Sequence record: PZ495249.1 | DNA length: 64,000 nucleotides | Direction: 5' to 3' (one strand) | From: a phage | Shown: positions 1-9,593 of the stretch, piece after piece | Layout: each line of letters begins with the position of its first letter | Position numbering within the stretch: the stretch's first letter is position 1 | Made by a program: the position numbers and the translations under genes | The notes under the pieces: generated by a model | Seen by the model: the letters and a program-made list of their open reading frames with translations, nothing else | What the model was told of the DNA's origin: nothing | Databases searched by the model: none

Positions 1-910
1 CGTAGGAGTCAGCAACGTAAGAGCAGAAACCTTTAGGAACCACTTTGGTAATAAAGTGCAGCAGGAATTCTTTCTCTGCAAGATAACGGAGGCCATCAAC
101 ATCACCTGCGAGGTGAGGGAAATGCTCTTCGAGATCTTTTACGATACGACTGATGTTTGTAGTTGCCACAGAGTGCTCAGACGCAGGGATACTACCAGCA
201 ACGAAATCATCTTCATCAATACCGTAGTATTCGTAAACCGCGTCGATTGCCAGAATGTTATCTGTACCAGTGAACGCTGCCAGGTGAGCGATACCGCTCT
301 TATAGCCGTCTTCAATACAAGATAAACCGCGCAAACTGAAATCGTGACACTGGAAATTAACGTGATCCACATTGTCACAAGTTGCCAGTGCATATGACAT
401 TGCCACACGCTTGTACTGGAACGCAGCAGTTGCGTTGGTGATCGCTTTCCAGCTTTCGGTTGACATTACGGTTTCAACGTAGTTAGTCACCCAGAAGAAT
501 TTCTCAATCGTATTGTGAATGGTATAAACCGGAACACCAATCGGAGACAGAATACCTTCTGGCAGAGCACGAATTTCCAGAGGCAGGTAGCCTAAATCGT
601 GCAGTTCACCCCAACATTCAGCGCTTGGCGCAGATTCACCGAGTGATTTTTTAGCCATGCGATCAAAACGCTTAACGGCTGCTTCTCGCTTCATCTTGAA
701 GAATTTCTTCCACATGCCTACCATTGAGTCCATCACCATACGGCGGAAGCCGATGACGATAACACCGCGAGCATTTTTATCTGCGTAATGCGCAAAGTTC
801 TTGTCATTACGTGGAGTCAGGTTAGAGAAGATCAGTTTAGTGTTTGGATTGTACATTGGCTTGTGACCAGGTTTGTACCAATCGGCAGCAGACGGTGCAT
901 AAATTTCCAT
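1..910 (-). CDS. nadV: nicotinamide phosphoribosyltransferase (NAMPT/NadV), N-terminal ~303 aa; 3' end lies beyond window start
   Basis: Manual minus-strand translation from ATG at 910-908 gives MEIYAPSAADWYKPGHKPMYNPN... and LPLEIRALPEGILSPIG, HDFSLRGLS, GSIPASEHS, matching NAMPT signature regions; not in ORF track because truncated. Confidence 0.85.
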   Translation of the reverse strand, partial: MEIYAPSAADWYKPGHKPMYNPNTKLIFSNLTPRNDKNFAHYADKNARGVIVIGFRRMVMDSMVGMWKKFFKMKREAAVKRFDRMAKKSLGESAPSAECWGELHDLGYLPLEIRALPEGILSPIGVPVYTIHNTIEKFFWVTNYVETVMSTESWKAITNATAAFQYKRVAMSYALATCDNVDHVNFQCHDFSLRGLSCIEDGYKSGIAHLAAFTGTDNILAIDAVYEYYGIDEDDFVAGSIPASEHSVATTNISRIVKDLEEHFPHLAGDVDGLRYLAEKEFLLHFITKVVPKGFCSYVADSY

Positions 911-979
911 TTGTTTCTCCTTTCTCTTGTTTGTTTCGATGAGGAGAAGATTAAGTTATCCTCTCCACAAAGTCAACAC

Positions 980-1879
980 TTATTTGTAATTTTTACGAAG
1001 ATTGCCGTTCAGAATGAAATTCTGGAGCGCTTGTTGGTTTAACACCAGTTTACCTGTCTCGTCAACATTATTCTCCCACACATTGAAAGAATGGATGCAA
1101 TCAAAGTGCTCATTTAGTTCTTTCATACCCTTAGAGAAGATACCGTGGGTAACGAACAGTTCAATCTTACCAGCGTTACGTTCACGCAATACTTTGGCAA
1201 GCTCAATGAAAGTACGACCACCATCGCAGATATCATCCACGATCATCAAATTCTTACCGCAGAAGTCCTCGACGTTGATGTTGGTCTTGACAATATCTCC
1301 GGTCTTCGTATCACGGATTTTCTCTGCACAGTGTACAATGAGTTGCATTGGTTTAGCCAGTTTGAAGATTTTCTTCAAGGCTCCACCGTCTGGACTAACC
1401 AGATCAAACTCTTCCATACGGAGTTTCCAGTTAATCGCGAACATTGCAATCTCTTCTTGTGGGATAACAAACAAGTTATGGATTACAGCCGGAGTTACAT
1501 CACTGTGCGGATCAGCAACAGTCACACGGTCAAAGTTAAGGTTGTTAAGTGCTTCTGCAAACGCACCGATACCATTGGCTTCACCTGGTTCACACACTCG
1601 GTCTTGTCGAGCATATGGCACATAGAGCATAACAAGCTCTGTTGTGTGAGGGATGAATTTAAGAATGTTATCAATTGCATTCTTAGTCATCAGCAACACC
1701 ATGAAGTCATTACCTGATCTTACTTCGTGATGGATAATCACACGAGAACCTGGTTCAGTTAATGCAATCATCGTGTCTGCATCAACACGTACATGTTCTT
1801 CTCCGCCAGAGAAGGTGAATGTTTTGATTGGTACAGGATAAACTTCACTGTTGTGTGGGTGCATGATATCAATCTTCAT
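980..1879 (-). CDS. prs: ribose-phosphate pyrophosphokinase (PRPP synthetase)
   Basis: Track ORF 980..1915; start moved to ATG at 1879 (MKIDIM...) just after upstream stop; VSPDGGA and MIVDDICDGGRT PRPP-binding motifs. Confidence 0.8.
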   Translation of the reverse strand: MKIDIMHPHNSEVYPVPIKTFTFSGGEEHVRVDADTMIALTEPGSRVIIHHEVRSGNDFMVLLMTKNAIDNILKFIPHTTELVMLYVPYARQDRVCEPGEANGIGAFAEALNNLNFDRVTVADPHSDVTPAVIHNLFVIPQEEIAMFAINWKLRMEEFDLVSPDGGALKKIFKLAKPMQLIVHCAEKIRDTKTGDIVKTNINVEDFCGKNLMIVDDICDGGRTFIELAKVLRERNAGKIELFVTHGIFSKGMKELNEHFDCIHSFNVWENNVDETGKLVLNQQALQNFILNGNLRKNYK

Positions 1880-2081
1880 TGTCTTCCTCCTCTTCTTCAA
1901 TTTCTTCAATTTCACTTAAACGATCAAGAATTGTCTGAGCCTGGTCCCAGAGAGCATCATAGGCTCTACGCTCACGAGGAGATAGCTGTGAAGGTCTGAA
2001 ATCATCTTGGTACATCTTATCAATAATATCTTGCATATCGTTCGATGTATTCTCGAACATACAATAACTCATGTTTGACAT
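1869..2081 (-). CDS. hypothetical acidic protein (C-terminal EIEEIEEEEEDNED)
   Basis: Track ORF; RBS AAGGAGAAAGAT upstream of ATG; first gene of minus-strand unit. Confidence 0.5.
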   Translation of the reverse strand: MSNMSYCMFENTSNDMQDIIDKMYQDDFRPSQLSPRERRAYDALWDQAQTILDRLSEIEEIEEEEEDNED

Positions 2082-2111
2082 ATCTTTCTCCTTGGTTAGT
2101 TGATGGACAGG

Positions 2112-2140
2112 AGTATAGATATGTAAGATCAGTAAGTCAA
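2112..2140 (-). promoter_or_regulatory. sigma70-like promoter for the acidic-protein/prs/nadV unit
   Basis: Minus strand reads TTGACT-17nt-TATACT about 30 nt upstream of the 2081 start. Confidence 0.45.
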
Positions 2141-2355
2141 CTACTTTCTTAGTATGAATTAATTAAGGAATAGATTGACTCAGGTATGTTAGATCTGATA
2201 CATTGACAGACATGAAAGATATCTATACAGACAACTCTACTGTCTAAGAGATCTAAGTGAAACAGAATGAGAGAATCTCCCCTCGCTTCGCTCGGCAAAC
2301 TTCGTGTTTAGGGTAGCATGTTTCAAAACAAAAGTCAATACCTCAAAGGAGAAAA

Positions 2356-2496
2356 ATGAAAATTAATTTAGAACAAGTAAAAGACCTCACACCTAAGTAT
2401 AAGAGAGGCGGTGCATCACGCCGTAGAACGCTGCGTGAGGGCATTGACAAGCCACGGTTAGTGGTTTATCATCCAGAGAAAGAAAACGGCTCATAA
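2356..2496 (+). CDS. small basic hypothetical protein (46 aa)
   Basis: Not in track (<60 aa); AAGGAGAAAA RBS then ATG; MKINLEQVKDLTPKYKRGGASRRRTLREG... Confidence 0.35.
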   Translation: MKINLEQVKDLTPKYKRGGASRRRTLREGIDKPRLVVYHPEKENGS

Positions 2497-2514
2497 CGCG
2501 ATACAGGAGGTCTG

Positions 2515-2817
2515 ATGGACTTTACGCACACAACTTTGATGGGAGAGCTTCACGGATTCTACAATGGTGAAGTTTTCTGTGCTGCTTACCACGACGATGA
2601 TATGTCAGTGGAATGGGAGCAACTTGAATTTATCTCGGAGAAAGCCAGTGTGATGGTTGACTTCGACCACATCGAGTGGTACATTGGCAACTCTGTTAAG
2701 GTGGTAGGTTTGGATCGTAACCAGATCATTGATCTTGATTGCAAATTAATCAACTTCCAATTTGGGAATAAGATTCCCTTGGAGCGACAATTACAACTCG
2801 TTTGTGAGGAGGAGTGA
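2515..2817 (+). CDS. hypothetical protein
   Basis: Track ORF, start/stop-coupled with downstream gene. Confidence 0.5.
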   Translation: MDFTHTTLMGELHGFYNGEVFCAAYHDDDMSVEWEQLEFISEKASVMVDFDHIEWYIGNSVKVVGLDRNQIIDLDCKLINFQFGNKIPLERQLQLVCEEE

Positions 2818-3041
2818 TGAGTAAATATCAAAAAGGTATCTGGTATCCTTGGGGAGAAAGCGGGGATAAGCGTAATGGTTTCCCGCCTGTCCCGCTTGGT
2901 ACAAAAGTAACTGTTCGTCATCGTGACGGTGACGTGATTCCTGATCAGTTTGTAGGGTATGGTGCTGCCGAAACATGGGTAGTAATCAATGACCGTTACT
3001 GGGACGGTGATATCATGGCTTTTATGGTTGAGGAGGAATGA
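2814..3041 (+). CDS. hypothetical protein
   Basis: Track ORF, ATGA overlap with neighbours. Confidence 0.5.
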   Translation: MMSKYQKGIWYPWGESGDKRNGFPPVPLGTKVTVRHRDGDVIPDQFVGYGAAETWVVINDRYWDGDIMAFMVEEE

Positions 3042-3253
3042 TGGAGACTATCTACCGTGTAACCCTGGGTGGTATTCATGATGTTAAATCGACGTACAAC
3101 TACGCAGAGGCGAAGGAACACTTCCTTATGTGGGTTCAAGAGGAGATTATGGATGAAAAGGTGGCTTATAAAAGTGTGACGCTAACTGCCGATCATGAGC
3201 CAATCCTGGAGTATATTCGTCAACCCTACCCAGAGGAGTTTGACAATGAGTAA
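3038..3253 (+). CDS. hypothetical protein
   Basis: Track ORF, ATGA coupling. Confidence 0.5.
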   Translation: MMETIYRVTLGGIHDVKSTYNYAEAKEHFLMWVQEEIMDEKVAYKSVTLTADHEPILEYIRQPYPEEFDNE

Positions 3254-3485
3254 ACATCCGATCACAGGTGTTACCTACTCTTGCGTTGGTAAGGGTGGAC
3301 TGTATTCAGTGCTAAGTTTCCCTACCCCTGCTGGTGTATCGAAGGTATTTGATCCTATTGTGATCTACGAAGACCTTCGTACTGGTGCGCAATATTGGCG
3401 TTTTCAGGGCGATTTCTTAGATCGTATGGAGGTGGTGAGTGGCGAAAACACCGAAGAAGCAATCCGCTCGAAAACCCGCTACTAA
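3246..3485 (+). CDS. hypothetical protein
   Basis: Track ORF 3195..3485 trimmed to ATG at 3246 overlapping upstream stop. Confidence 0.45.
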   Translation: MSKHPITGVTYSCVGKGGLYSVLSFPTPAGVSKVFDPIVIYEDLRTGAQYWRFQGDFLDRMEVVSGENTEEAIRSKTRY

Positions 3486-3777
3486 GCGTACAACGCCAGC
3501 TAAATCGCAAACTGCACCGAAACCTAAGTTTGACACGGAGGCATTTGTCTTTGACACACCGATTGAGAAGATTGAAGAGGCGCTCCAACGCCTTGAAGAG
3601 CAGGAGGCAGATCCTATGGCTGAACCTCTCACGCAGGATCAACTCTACTGGTGGGGATGGTGGACATTGCACATGCCTGATGCAAAAAGACGTGGCATGA
3701 CTACGGTTCCGATTTGTGCGAAAGAGTCTGCGGTGTTGGGGCTTTACGAGAAACCGAAAGGGAGGAAGAAGAAATGA
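3439..3777 (+). CDS. hypothetical lysine-rich basic protein, possible nucleic-acid binding
   Basis: Track ORF; GTG start 6 nt after GGAGG; N-terminal KTPKKQSARKPATKRTTPAK. Confidence 0.4.
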   Translation: MAKTPKKQSARKPATKRTTPAKSQTAPKPKFDTEAFVFDTPIEKIEEALQRLEEQEADPMAEPLTQDQLYWWGWWTLHMPDAKRRGMTTVPICAKESAVLGLYEKPKGRKKK

Positions 3778-3929
3778 AACTACGTATCACTGATATCCGA
3801 GCGTTTGACAACTATCACATAGCCTTGTCAATTCTTGGCGCACATAATGTAGGTGATGTGTTGGAGTATAACGAACATATGCCTATCTTCGATATCTTGA
3901 TCGAAAAAGGTTGGGTGCAAAAGGTATGA
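3774..3929 (+). CDS. hypothetical protein (51 aa)
   Basis: Track ORF 3714..3929 trimmed to ATG at 3774 after GGAGGAAG. Confidence 0.4.
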   Translation: MKLRITDIRAFDNYHIALSILGAHNVGDVLEYNEHMPIFDILIEKGWVQKV

Positions 3930-4270
3930 GAATCTGGCTTGATGATTTACGTGATCCAAGAGATTACGGATACCCTGATGCCATCTGGGTTAAAAACTCC
4001 ATTGATTTCAAGCTGCAACTTATTGATTGTCTGCTTATGGAAGATGATGGTGATAGCCTGGTAGCGATCCACTTTGACAACGATATTGGAGAAAAGACCG
4101 AAGGTTATCACCTCTTCTTAAAAGTGGAGGAGATCATTCATGCTGGAAAATTCAAGGGCTTGAAAGAAATCTTTGTCCATACGTCGAATTCAGGGGCGGC
4201 TCAGAAATTTATGCTTGCAAAAGACGGGTTAGCTCGTTATGATGTGAACATAATTCGTAAATACTATTGA
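3926..4270 (+). CDS. hypothetical protein
   Basis: Track ORF 3911..4270 trimmed to ATG at 3926 (ATGA coupling). Confidence 0.5.
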   Translation: MRIWLDDLRDPRDYGYPDAIWVKNSIDFKLQLIDCLLMEDDGDSLVAIHFDNDIGEKTEGYHLFLKVEEIIHAGKFKGLKEIFVHTSNSGAAQKFMLAKDGLARYDVNIIRKYY

Positions 4271-4281
4271 GGAGAGATAAC

Positions 4282-4449
4282 ATGTGGAGCACACCATCAA
4301 GAGGCCAACTGCCTAACCAAAACGAAGTTGTTGTGGCTGTCAGTCCAGAGGGTAAGGAATTGGAGATGTACCGAATTGGCAATCTGTGGTTCCCTGTCGG
4401 TGACACATGTTATGTCTACTGGACACCTGTAATGTGGAGGAATAAGTAA
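4282..4449 (+). CDS. hypothetical protein (55 aa)
   Basis: Track ORF 4267..4449 trimmed to ATG at 4282 after GAGGAGAG. Confidence 0.4.
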   Translation: MWSTPSRGQLPNQNEVVVAVSPEGKELEMYRIGNLWFPVGDTCYVYWTPVMWRNK

Positions 4450-5012
4450 TGTTTGTGACGAGTGATCGCCACTTCTGGCATGATAAAGTGCTGGATTTTC
4501 AGGCGCATACCCGCCCATTCTCTGATTTAGAAGAGATGCATGAGGCATATATTAAAGAGTGGAACGCCTGTGCAACCAAACCTGGGGTGAAAATGTTCCA
4601 CTTGGGAGATTTCAGTTTTGGTCTTCAAGACCAGACAGAAGAAATCTGCAAGCGTTTGCAGGGTGATATCACCTTCATCGTTGGCAACCATGACCGCAGC
4701 TATACCCGTTCCGTAATGGAAAAGTATGGGCGTGTCGTCTGGTATGATGAAGTGAAATATCAGAAACACTTCTTTGTATTGAGCCACTACCCTATGCTCA
4801 CCTGGAACAAATCCCACAAGGGGAGTATCATGTTACATGGTCACGAGCATGGCAACTTGGTGCATCTCGAAGAGGAGCGTGGTAAAACTATGGATGTGGG
4901 CGTAGACGTTCACGGTCGCTTCTTACATTTCGATGAAATCATTGAGATTATGAAAGACCGTCCTATGCGCATGGATCATCGTAAATTTAGAGGGGAGGAT
5001 ATTATCCGATGA
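4449..5012 (+). CDS. calcineurin-like metallophosphoesterase
   Basis: Track ORF; GDFSFG, GNHDRSY, GHEHG metal-binding motifs. Confidence 0.65.
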   Translation: MFVTSDRHFWHDKVLDFQAHTRPFSDLEEMHEAYIKEWNACATKPGVKMFHLGDFSFGLQDQTEEICKRLQGDITFIVGNHDRSYTRSVMEKYGRVVWYDEVKYQKHFFVLSHYPMLTWNKSHKGSIMLHGHEHGNLVHLEEERGKTMDVGVDVHGRFLHFDEIIEIMKDRPMRMDHRKFRGEDIIR

Positions 5013-5169
5013 GTACAATTTATATACTGTTTGCTCTGTTCACCTACGGTGAGAGTAACAGTTCTTTTGATAAGGAATTCAACTCACAAGGTGCTTGTAT
5101 CATGGCTATGAATGAAGGTGTCAGTAAGCGGATATTTACCCGCGCAATGTGCGTACCGAAGGGCTGATT

Positions 5170-5412
5170 ATGCGTATACCTGATGATTTTTATACCCACG
5201 AAGATACGTGGAGAAAGGCTCTTGAGCGTCTGATCGAACTGGAGCCAGTAACGGGTGAACCTGATGAAGATAACAGAGGGTTCTGGCAACATGAATTGAA
5301 TGCGTTCAACCGCGCCTATGCAGAACTTCATGAAGGTTGTCCTCATGATGGCGCTACCTACTATGATATGAGTGGGCGTGAACGCTGCGGAATGTGTGGA
5401 GGTGACATGTGA
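5170..5412 (+). CDS. hypothetical Cys-containing protein
   Basis: Track ORF 5149..5412 trimmed to ATG at 5170. Confidence 0.45.
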   Translation: MRIPDDFYTHEDTWRKALERLIELEPVTGEPDEDNRGFWQHELNAFNRAYAELHEGCPHDGATYYDMSGRERCGMCGGDM

Positions 5413-5600
5413 GTACACTGAAACGTGGAGACACTGTTATGTTGAAATTCCCATTAGGTGGTACTTGGAGAAAACTTCTTCTGGTAGAACAAACACCGTA
5501 CTTGGATAATAAAGTCGATGTAATCTACTTTGATACGCAAGAACGTATTTGTCGTGATCGCCTCCACATTGATCTTGTAGAGAAAGTAGGAGAAGATTAA
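5409..5600 (+). CDS. hypothetical protein
   Basis: Track ORF. Confidence 0.45.
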   Translation: MSTLKRGDTVMLKFPLGGTWRKLLLVEQTPYLDNKVDVIYFDTQERICRDRLHIDLVEKVGED

Positions 5601-5785
5601 TGAAAAGTTTTGTAGTTCCTTGGTTAGATTGTCCTTGCACATCTCATAATATTGAGGTAAGCTCGGAGAAAGGTGATGAACTCTATCTTTACTTTGGCGA
5701 TGAAGTGAAGTGTCTCGATTGTGGTCGAGAGGGTGTCATTGAAACAGATGATTGCTGCGCATACGCAGTGTGGGAGGATGATTGA
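5600..5785 (+). CDS. hypothetical Cys-rich (Zn-binding-like) protein
   Basis: Track ORF; CPC...CLDCG...CC. Confidence 0.45.
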   Translation: MKSFVVPWLDCPCTSHNIEVSSEKGDELYLYFGDEVKCLDCGREGVIETDDCCAYAVWEDD

Positions 5786-5961
5786 TGGCTGATTTCAGCT
5801 CGACAAAACGGAATGCTTCTCTTGAGGATTGGGGAGAAGCTCTTGAGTGTATGGTTGAACTTAACGGTAAATCGTTCGACATTACAGAAATGGAGATCGA
5901 GGCAGCTTATGAAGCATATAAGCGTGTAGACGATTTCTATTATGAAGAATGGGAGGACTGA
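5785..5961 (+). CDS. hypothetical protein (58 aa)
   Basis: Not in track; ATG overlaps upstream stop; fills gap before 5961. Confidence 0.35.
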   Translation: MADFSSTKRNASLEDWGEALECMVELNGKSFDITEMEIEAAYEAYKRVDDFYYEEWED

Positions 5962-6185
5962 TGAGTACAGCGATTTATGTGAAAGGTAACGATTTAAATC
6001 AAGAAATGCTATTCTCTTTCGGAGATGGTACAGACATTGATGTAATCTACGACGATGTGGTAGCGGGGCTGTTAAATCAAGGCTTCATCACTGTTACAGA
6101 CTTCATGGTAACTTCTTCTGAGTATCTCGATGTAGATCTATTAGAGATGATGGAAGCTGTGCAGAAAGAAGTGTACAACTGGTAA
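5961..6185 (+). CDS. hypothetical protein
   Basis: Track ORF 5949..6185 trimmed to ATG at 5961. Confidence 0.45.
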   Translation: MSTAIYVKGNDLNQEMLFSFGDGTDIDVIYDDVVAGLLNQGFITVTDFMVTSSEYLDVDLLEMMEAVQKEVYNW

Positions 6186-6194
6186 GGAGAAAGA

Positions 6195-7313
6195 ATGCAG
6201 CAAACAAATCCTACCCTATACGGGAAAGACTCGAAAGGTAATATCAAAGAGTGGTCTGTTTACACTGACGGCGCAACTGTGACGGTAGCTCACGGTCGTC
6301 TTGGTGGTAAGATCACCACTAAGTCCTATGAAGCGGAAGCTAAGAACGTTGGACGTTCCAATGAAACAACTCCGGCTGAACAAGCCGAATCAGAAGCCTT
6401 AGCCAAATGGACTAAGCAACTCAAACGTGGGTACTACCACACCATTGAAGAAGCGAAAGAGCATGAACCTTTCACGCCCATGAAATGCCAGGACTATAAA
6501 GACTTCTCACACAAAGTGAAGTTCCCTGGTTATGCACAATACAAGTTGAATGGCTTACGCTCCATGATCAACGATGATGGTGAATGCCTGTCCAAAGCTG
6601 GTGAAGTTTATAAGCTCCCTAACCACTGGTCGCCTATCCCTCAGTTTATTCAAGAAGATTTCGGATATCCGTTAGATGGTGAAGTGTTTGCTGGTCTTGG
6701 TGTTATGAGCCTACAGGTCATCAATGGTGCATGGAAGAAGTACAAACCAGGTATCACTGAGCAATTAAGTTACTACGTCTACGACATTCCAGTGCCAGAT
6801 TTGCCTTTCAAGAAACGTGTTGAATTCCTGAAAGACTTGGCAGAGATGATTGTGGATGCTGGTCTGGAAAACCTGATCCATGTTGTCCATTCCGAATACA
6901 TCGAAAACCAAGAGCAGTTAGACGCTTTCTATGAGAAAGCCCTGGCAGATGAGGCCGAAGGTATTGTATGGCGTAACGAAGACGGTACTTATGAGTTTGG
7001 TAAACGTTCCTATGATGTGATCAAACGTAAACCTCGTGCAACTATGGAAGTCAAGGTAACAGGTATGGTTATTGATAAAAATGGTGATGGGGTATTGACA
7101 GGGATTACAAAAGATGGTAAGATTGTCGAATTCCTGATGAGGAAAGATTCACATCCTACCATCAACTACCGCAAAGCAGAAAACGCCGTCAAACTTATCG
7201 ATCACTTTGTTGAAATTGAATACGAAGAGTTATCTGACGCTGGCGTACCTACAAAACCAGTTGGCATTCGTCTGAGACAAATGATCGAAGGTACATGGGA
7301 ACCTGCCGAATAA
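6195..7313 (+). CDS. ATP-dependent nucleic-acid ligase-like protein (putative DNA ligase)
   Basis: Track ORF; nucleotidyltransferase motifs KLNGLR (I, variant of KxDGxR), LDGEVF (III), EGIVWRNEDG (IV), VIKRKPR (V). Confidence 0.6.
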   Translation: MQQTNPTLYGKDSKGNIKEWSVYTDGATVTVAHGRLGGKITTKSYEAEAKNVGRSNETTPAEQAESEALAKWTKQLKRGYYHTIEEAKEHEPFTPMKCQDYKDFSHKVKFPGYAQYKLNGLRSMINDDGECLSKAGEVYKLPNHWSPIPQFIQEDFGYPLDGEVFAGLGVMSLQVINGAWKKYKPGITEQLSYYVYDIPVPDLPFKKRVEFLKDLAEMIVDAGLENLIHVVHSEYIENQEQLDAFYEKALADEAEGIVWRNEDGTYEFGKRSYDVIKRKPRATMEVKVTGMVIDKNGDGVLTGITKDGKIVEFLMRKDSHPTINYRKAENAVKLIDHFVEIEYEELSDAGVPTKPVGIRLRQMIEGTWEPAE

Positions 7314-7322
7314 GGAGAAAAC

Positions 7323-7505
7323 ATGTTTTACGCAATTTTATTTGTGTTGTTCCTGATTGTGTGCGCAATCTTCATTCTCGCTGAAAGCGAGAATAGAAGC
7401 CTCGTTACCGCAGTGGCACGAATCCTCGACTCCCTGTTTGCAGGGATCGGCGCGGCTGTCAGCACTTGGGCGCTGGCACAATACTTAACCAGTTTATTCA
7501 ACTAA
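7323..7505 (+). CDS. small hydrophobic membrane protein
   Basis: Track ORF; two hydrophobic segments. Confidence 0.5.
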   Translation: MFYAILFVLFLIVCAIFILAESENRSLVTAVARILDSLFAGIGAAVSTWALAQYLTSLFN

Positions 7506-7514
7506 GGAGAAAAA

Positions 7515-8243
7515 ATGATCGAAGGATTTTTCAAGGACATTAAAGTAGACAAGCAGTTTTTCATCGACGCAGCAAAGCATATCGTTGAGTGGAATGCGAA
7601 AGCTCGTGGTGGAGAAACTCCAGAGTTTACCCAAGAGATGTTCATTTCTCAGATCGGATTTGTCCGTGAAGAACTGAAAGAGTTCCAAGATGCAGCACAA
7701 CTTAACGATCATGTCGAAATGCTTGACGCAGCGGCTGATGTGTTTGTTGTGGCATCCTATCTGGCATTTATGTTCTGGGGAGAAGAGCGAGTTAATCTCA
7801 TGCTGTCTCAGAATGTAGGCGATGTTTTCCCGTCAAACATCTATGATGAGTTCAATCAGATCGATGCAACGTTCACTGAGGCTGCTCAGATGGCTATCAT
7901 GACTCTCGGTATTACCCGTATGGCTCGCGACACTCTGGTGAGATCTGTGTATAACGAGAAGAAAGTGGTGAAAGAAGTGCTGAAAAGCAATGACTCTAAG
8001 TATCCAACACGTAGACAAATTCTTGCAGTGTGGGAAACAAAGGACATTGATTTCGCACTGGAGCAAGAATGTGCAGCAATTGAAGATCGTAACAAAGACC
8101 GTCCAGAAGGTGCATATACCGGAGTTCATGCTGTCTATAATGAAAAGCAGAAGGTGTATGTATTCTTTGATGACAAAGGTAAAATTATGAAACCTTCCAC
8201 CTTCGTTAAACCTGATATTGGGGCTATCGTTGGAAAATCCTAA
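7515..8243 (+). CDS. hypothetical protein, possible MazG-like nucleotide pyrophosphohydrolase domain
   Basis: Track ORF; REELKEFQDA...EMLDAAADVF resembles MazG helices; weak. Confidence 0.4.
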   Translation: MIEGFFKDIKVDKQFFIDAAKHIVEWNAKARGGETPEFTQEMFISQIGFVREELKEFQDAAQLNDHVEMLDAAADVFVVASYLAFMFWGEERVNLMLSQNVGDVFPSNIYDEFNQIDATFTEAAQMAIMTLGITRMARDTLVRSVYNEKKVVKEVLKSNDSKYPTRRQILAVWETKDIDFALEQECAAIEDRNKDRPEGAYTGVHAVYNEKQKVYVFFDDKGKIMKPSTFVKPDIGAIVGKS

Positions 8244-8340
8244 TTCATTAGGGCTGGCTTGCCCCAACGCTGTGGGCGAGCCTGGAACTCTTGGAGGAAA
8301 GGGTGATACTGGGAGGTTGATTTTGACTAAGGAGGAAATC

Positions 8341-8625
8341 ATGTTTGAACAAAATCAAATCTTCCAACAAGGACTCGTTCAGATTATTCGCAATCTCAAG
8401 AATGCGGGTATTGAAGATATCACAACCGAGATCGTAGGATTACACAATGGTAACAAAGGTATGAAGTTCCGCTTCTATACCGAAGACCAATGGGTATCCA
8501 ATCCAGCTAATCGAGCAAACGAGGCGGTGAAGCTATTCGGTAAAACTTACAAGGGTGAGTTTAAGATGCCAGATCATATCGTTGCATATGATAAGGTGAA
8601 GTATTTTGTTGTTGAAGTAAAATAA
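8341..8625 (+). CDS. hypothetical protein
   Basis: Track ORF 8218..8625 trimmed to ATG at 8341 after GGAGGAAATC. Confidence 0.45.
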   Translation: MFEQNQIFQQGLVQIIRNLKNAGIEDITTEIVGLHNGNKGMKFRFYTEDQWVSNPANRANEAVKLFGKTYKGEFKMPDHIVAYDKVKYFVVEVK

Positions 8626-8634
8626 GGAGAAACT

Positions 8635-9519
8635 ATGTTTGCTAAAAATTTCAAATCTGTTCTGCCTCTGGCTGCTGGTGAAGGTTTATCTCTCTCTGCG
8701 CTGAATAGCATTACAGATCGTCCACTGGATTTCGTTATCGCAGAAGGACAGCAAGCCCACACCATTGGGCTGGTAAAGTTTGAGGACGACAACTCCTACG
8801 TGAAAGAGTTCTCTGGCCTCCAGATGATCAACGTTGGTCAGTCTGTGAAGAAAGTGAACAAGAAGAAAGTTAAACGTCTTCTGGCAGCAAAAATCAAAAC
8901 TATGGAAGAAGCTTTCCTGCTGGAAAATCCAGGTAAAGAGTTCTTCTTGGATAAAGAAAGTAAGAAAGCTGTAGAAGCGGATATCATTTTCTCCCTGCTC
9001 CCTGAGACAGAGGCAGATGATTTCTACAACTACGTAGTGGTTGATACGACTACCGATATTGTGTATGTTATCAATGGTAGCAAGAAAATCAGCGAAGAAA
9101 TCTCTATCTTCCTGCGTGATGTTCTGGGTAGCTTCCCTGTAATGGGCTTTGGTGTTCATGAAGAAGTAATCGTGAAAGGCTTCGGTGACATTCTGGAAAC
9201 TCACGAACATGAACGCCTGACTCTGGGTAACTACATCAAACTGGAAGATGATGAAGGTGTTGTAGTGTGGAGCAAAGAATCCCTGTACGAGTCTAAGGCT
9301 CTTGAACTGAAAGAAGATGGTAAGTCTGTTGTTGCTATCGGTTTGGAGTTTGACGGTGTAGTGAACTTTGTTGTTGATAAGGAGTTCCGCCTTAGTGGAG
9401 TGAAGTTCCCGAAATACTTCAACGATGAGGAAGGAAGTATCGAAGCGGCAGCACTGCTGTGCTTCAACGAGATTCGTGGTGTGCTTGCTGATCTGAAAAG
9501 CGCAACTTTCGATAAATAA
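8635..9519 (+). CDS. RdgC-like recombination-associated protein
   Basis: Track ORF; IIFSLLPETEADDFYNYVVVDTTTDIVYVINGS and VLGSFPV align with E. coli RdgC regions (recalled from memory). Confidence 0.5.
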   Translation: MFAKNFKSVLPLAAGEGLSLSALNSITDRPLDFVIAEGQQAHTIGLVKFEDDNSYVKEFSGLQMINVGQSVKKVNKKKVKRLLAAKIKTMEEAFLLENPGKEFFLDKESKKAVEADIIFSLLPETEADDFYNYVVVDTTTDIVYVINGSKKISEEISIFLRDVLGSFPVMGFGVHEEVIVKGFGDILETHEHERLTLGNYIKLEDDEGVVVWSKESLYESKALELKEDGKSVVAIGLEFDGVVNFVVDKEFRLSGVKFPKYFNDEEGSIEAAALLCFNEIRGVLADLKSATFDK

Positions 9520-9522
9520 ATC

Positions 9523-9552
9523 TTGACTTAGGTACTTCGTTTGTGTTAGTAT
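9523..9552 (+). promoter_or_regulatory. sigma70-like promoter
   Basis: TTGACT-18nt-TAGTAT upstream of 9594 gene. Confidence 0.5.
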
Positions 9553-9593
9553 GCCCTCCTACTTAGTTAGGTGGGCTTTTAAAGGAGAACATT

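Noticed and set aside
1002-1717. Plus-strand track ORFs of 207 and 190 aa inside the prs region
   Set aside because: Antisense to the well-supported prs gene; low-complexity Ser/Leu-rich translation, no RBS; shadow ORFs.
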